Assembly: GCF_023055435.1 (NCBI RefSeq)
Contig: NW_025963835.1
Span: 2,790,001-2,854,000, forward strand
Reading direction: 5' to 3'
Source of the DNA: Haliotis rufescens
Taxonomy: Eukaryota
Length of the DNA stretch: 64,000 bases
Each line of letters opens with the position of its first letter. The first letter of the stretch is position 1. Positions 59,801-64,000 of this stretch are shown piece by piece. The notes beneath the pieces were generated by a model. It had not been told where the DNA came from, did not search any database, and was given only the letters and a program-made list of their open reading frames with translations. The position numbers and the translations under genes were made by a program.

Positions 59801-61979
59801 GATAATCCGGAGGGGTAGGAGGAGGAGGGGGGTAGCTTTCCTGAGGAGGAGGAGGAGGAGGGTATTTTTCCCGAGGAGGAGAGGGAGGAGGGTAGTTTCC
59901 CTGTGGAGATTGATGCATCTGTCTCCTATGTCTCTGCATATTATCATGTCTAGCGAACTGTCTGTCACAATCAGGACATGATGTGGTCCATGCTGCCTGG
60001 CATGTAACTGACTATGTGACAAGAGGATGAGCCTTATATACTCTGAAGGTCAGCCTCAGGTATCCAACTGTTAAACTTTCTTGGATATCCCATCCATTTC
60101 ACATACACCTCTTTTACGCCAGCTCGCTTTCTTTTCTTCACAACCCTCTCCACTCTCCACACAGTGTCTGCAGGCTTGTCTACTCTCTCAAGTGAGACTC
60201 TCATTTGAGAAATATTTCAAAGAGAATATTAAAAAAAATGGACTGAGGAAATCTTTATTATTAGGAGACGGTACTTTAGAGATGGTATAGCGGTTTTTAG
60301 GTTTGTCAGCACCATACCCGTGCTCGTGGGTTTCACCGAAGTGACAAACGTCTGAGATCTGCATCACCTCGGGCTTTCCTCCCTCATTTAGCTGACATGC
60401 CGTGATATAACTGGAATACTCTTAAAAGCGGCGTTAAATTCAACTCAACTCACTCACTCTAATACTTTGTACCATGGACCAGAGGCCTTTATATCTTGGA
60501 AATAAATCTTTCGTTGGTGTTGTTGAGAGACATTTCTGTGTTTAAAATATTCGCTGATCTGTGTGTGAAATGATGAGATCGTTCTTACTTCGTTCCTATT
60601 TGCAGTATCATGATCACAACTTGCCGATATGTCACACCCTGACAGTCACAATAGTTTTCGAGTTATCATGGAATGTAAATGTTTCTCGGAACATGAAGTG
60701 GTGATTTCGGAAGAGGTACAATATAACCACTACCTGTGACAACCACAACCACTAGATGATGAAAATAATCCGGACGATCCCCATCTTGGACTGGTTACAA
60801 GTGATTGCAAAACACAGATTGGTTCGTTTGTTTAGTCTATTTTCTCATGACACATACGTATGTTTTATGATACCTGGACTGACTGCTGGCATACATTATG
60901 CAATAACAGCTACATGTTCTTGTGAAATGAGTGACTGTAGGTGAGAAAATAGCGTTCTGGTTAATTAGCTCCTATTGGCTACAAAGATCAATCGATGTCT
61001 ATCTTAACATCAGCACGGATTGAGGGCACGGCCCCTAGAATTTCAAAAGGAAGATATATTTCGCTGTGAAAAGTATAAATAATAATTCACGTCAAATCAA
61101 GGTAAGTTGACACATTCCTACTAGCCATGCTCGAGACATACATGGAATTCATACCAGTGTTATATATACAACGCATGCCTCCCAACAACTAAGGAACAAA
61201 TCGCGTATATTCTGTACCCGGCTGGTAGTAAAACCCAATCAGCGTGCAAGCCTAACCGACCATGCTAATTAAGCCACGCCTCCTCGTTAGCGCTTTTAAG
61301 ATTCGTTTTAGTTGTGATAAATACAGACCTCAAAATACGTACTTTTACAAACTTACGTTTTTACACATTTCTTCTCCCATAACAGGGCTTGATCTTCAAA
61401 CGCCAGCAGTGGTTTATTTTTATTCACCCAATCTGATTGGCTGGCTGAGAGTGAAGAGCTGTGTCATCGCGTTTTGATTGGCTGGCTAAAAATAATTGAC
61501 GGCACTATTTTCGCATCGGGGATACCCGAGGTCGTCTGGTACAGGAAATCCCCAGCTGGCAAAACATTACTGCAGTGACGATGTTTCCATCTCCGAAAGT
61601 TGGTGACCGAGAGAAAATTTGTGGGGGAAGAAGGGGTGTGATATGTGGAGATATATCAAGAATTTCGGCTTCCCAATGTATGAGATTCAGTTGCAGAATG
61701 GGGAGACGGTAACCGAAGGTAGATACCGCATCGATATTACGGGACCAGGTAAGCCACTCTGGTATATTCTTTACTGGGCGTTTTCAAGGCTTATAACAAA
61801 GCTAATGAAACAGTTAATTAATTCATGTGAAAATACTGATGAAATAGTGAAACAAACCATATTGCTTTTGGTATTTTAAAAAAAAAATAACTATCAACCA
61901 CATAATAAATGTCACGTTACTACGAAGTGTTGATCTAGGGCCGATCGATCAAAAGCATATATCTCATAGTTATACATGT

Positions 61980-62154
61980 ATAGAGGATTAACCACTGTGT
62001 TCGGTTGTTACCGCAAAATCTACAGACGAGTGATTAATCTGTCACGATTAGAACGAGGCTTTGGAAACGAGAAAGCCTCGTTGTAATCGTGACAGATTAA
62101 TCACTCGTCTGTAGATTTTTCGGTAACAACCGAACACAGTGGTTAATCCTCTAT
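61980..62154. repeat. near-perfect ~175-bp palindrome (fold-back element)
   Basis: atagaggattaaccactgtgttcgg... / ...ccgaacacagtggttaatcctctat; arms ~83 bp. Confidence 0.92.
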
Positions 62155-62514
62155 TTCTCTGCCATCGTATTGTACATCAAGCTCGCTTCATAATAATGTA
62201 AGAAAAAGCTTTCACTATTTTTCATGATAGTTGCTCTTCAACAAATGTATCTATAAAGATGGCCAGGGAAGTAGAAAGCAAATAATTTATACAAATATCT
62301 GAGCATCCCACTCCCATTGCTGATAGTGATGTTTCCAACTGATTGTGCACTGAAATAAATGTATATTTAGATAAACTGCAAGTGATTCAATGGCAGGTGA
62401 TTGACTAACAAATTAATTAATGTGCGCTTGTTTTCATAAAAACACTAGGCCACGCCCACAAACGTACGACTTTCGAAAACTGCATTATTGTGCTGAACGA
62501 TGTCATTGATTTCG

Positions 62515-64000
62515 GTGTCAGTTCTAAAAACCTTCCTTGCATGGTATGATGGTGTCAGTTCATGGTGTGAAGGTGTCAGTTCATGGTGTGATGGTGTCCG
62601 TTCATGGAGTGAAGGTGTCAGTTCATGGTGTGATAGTGTCAGTTCATAGTGTGATGGTGCCAGTTCATGGTGTGATAGTGTCAGTTCAAAACCTTCATGG
62701 TATGATGTGATGGTGTCAGTTCAAAACGTCCCTTGCATGGTGTGATGGTGTCAGTTCAAAACCTCCCTTGCATGGTGTGATAGTGTCAGTTCAAAACCTT
62801 CCTTGCATGGTGTGATGGTGTCAGTTCAAAACCTTCCTTGCATGGTGTGAGGGTGCCAGTTCAAAACGTCCCTTGCATGGTGTGATGGTGTCAGTTCATG
62901 GTGTGATAGTGTCAGTTCAAAACCTTCATGGTATGATATGATGGTGTCAGTTCAAAACGTCCCTTGCATGGTGTGACGGTGTCAGTTCATGGTGTGATGG
63001 TGTCAGTTCATGGTGTGATGGTGCCAGTTCATGGTGTGATGGTGCCAGTTCATGGTGTGATGGTGTTAGTTCATGGTGTGATGGTGTCCGTTCAAAACCT
63101 TCATGGTATGATGTGATGGTGTCAGTTCAAAACGTCCCTTGCATGGTGTGATGGTGTCAGTTCATGGTGTGATGTGTCAGTTCAAAACCTTCATGGTATG
63201 ATGTGATGGTGTCCGTTCAAAACGTCCCTTGCATGGTGATATAATGTCAGTTCAAAACCTTCCTTGCATGGTGTGATGGTGTCAGTTCAAAACCTTCCTT
63301 GCATGGTGTGAGGGTGCCAGTTAAAACGTCCCTTGCATGGTGTGATGGTGTCAGTTCATGGTGTGATAGTGTCAGTTCAAAACCTTCATGTTATGATGTG
63401 ATGGTGTCAGTTCAAAACGTCCCTTGCATGGTGTGATGGTGTCAGTTCATGGTGTGATGGTGTCAGTTTAAAACCTTCATGGTATGATGTGATGGTGTCA
63501 GTTCAAAACGTCCCTTGCATTGTGTGACGGTGTCAGTTCATGGTGTGATGGTGTCAGTTCATGGTGTGATGGTGCCAGTTCATGGTGTGATGGTGCCAGT
63601 TCATGGTGTGATGGTGCCAGTTCATGGTGTGATAGTGTCAGTTCAAAACCTTCATGGTATGATGTGATGGTGTCAGTTCAAAACGTCCCTTGCATGGTGT
63701 GATGGTGTCAGTTCATGGTGTGATGGTGTCAGTTTAAAACCTTCATGGTATGATGTGATGGTGTCAGTTCAAAACGTCCCTTGCATTGTGTGACGGTGTC
63801 AGTTCATGGTGTGATGGTGTCAGTTCATGGTGTGATGGTGCCAGTTCATGGTGTGATGGTGCCAGTTCATGGTGTGATGGTGCCAGTTCATGGTGTGATG
63901 GTGCCAGTTCATGGTGTGATGGTGCCAGTTCATGGTGTGATGGTGCCAGTTCATGGTGTGATGGTGTCAGTTCATGGTGTGATGGTGTCAGTTCATGGTG
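62515..64000. repeat. compound minisatellite built on the 21-bp unit gatggtgtcagttcatggtgt, with longer variants; runs off the window end
   Basis: Directly visible. Confidence 0.95.

Noticed and set aside
63520-63702. CDGVSSW repeat ORF
   Set aside because: Translation of the 21-bp minisatellite.

Overview
AT-rich eukaryotic (invertebrate, probably mollusc; inferred from the SINE set, not verified) genomic window. Two intron-containing genes lie head-to-head. (1) A 19-coding-exon minus-strand gene (38802->7263, hand-spliced to 796 aa, all phases consistent, all introns GT-AG) encodes an unusual PPP-family Ser/Thr phosphatase with a degenerate Nudix-like N-terminus and EF-hands placed N-terminal to the catalytic domain. 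(2) A 5-coding-exon plus-strand ZNHIT3 (40430->53288, 143 aa). Each gene carries a full-length, coding-decayed DIRS1-like tyrosine-recombinase retrotransposon in an intron (12918-19250 minus; 43225-49363 plus) with near-identical ITRs and a readable ICR. In both elements the ICR is clamped by a short helix next to a shared C-rich motif. A 74-bp minisatellite has amplified the splice acceptor and first 13 codons of the phosphatase RGNHE exon. The rest is repeat-rich: at least five SINE families, MITEs, a tRNA-Arg-containing solo LTR, a Penelope fragment with a hammerhead-like core, an AcademH-like element, Tc1, LINE, DIRS and Polinton-ATPase fragments, and several minisatellites. Most ORFs in the supplied track are artefacts of repeats. 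All coordinates were read by hand; repeat boundaries are approximate.
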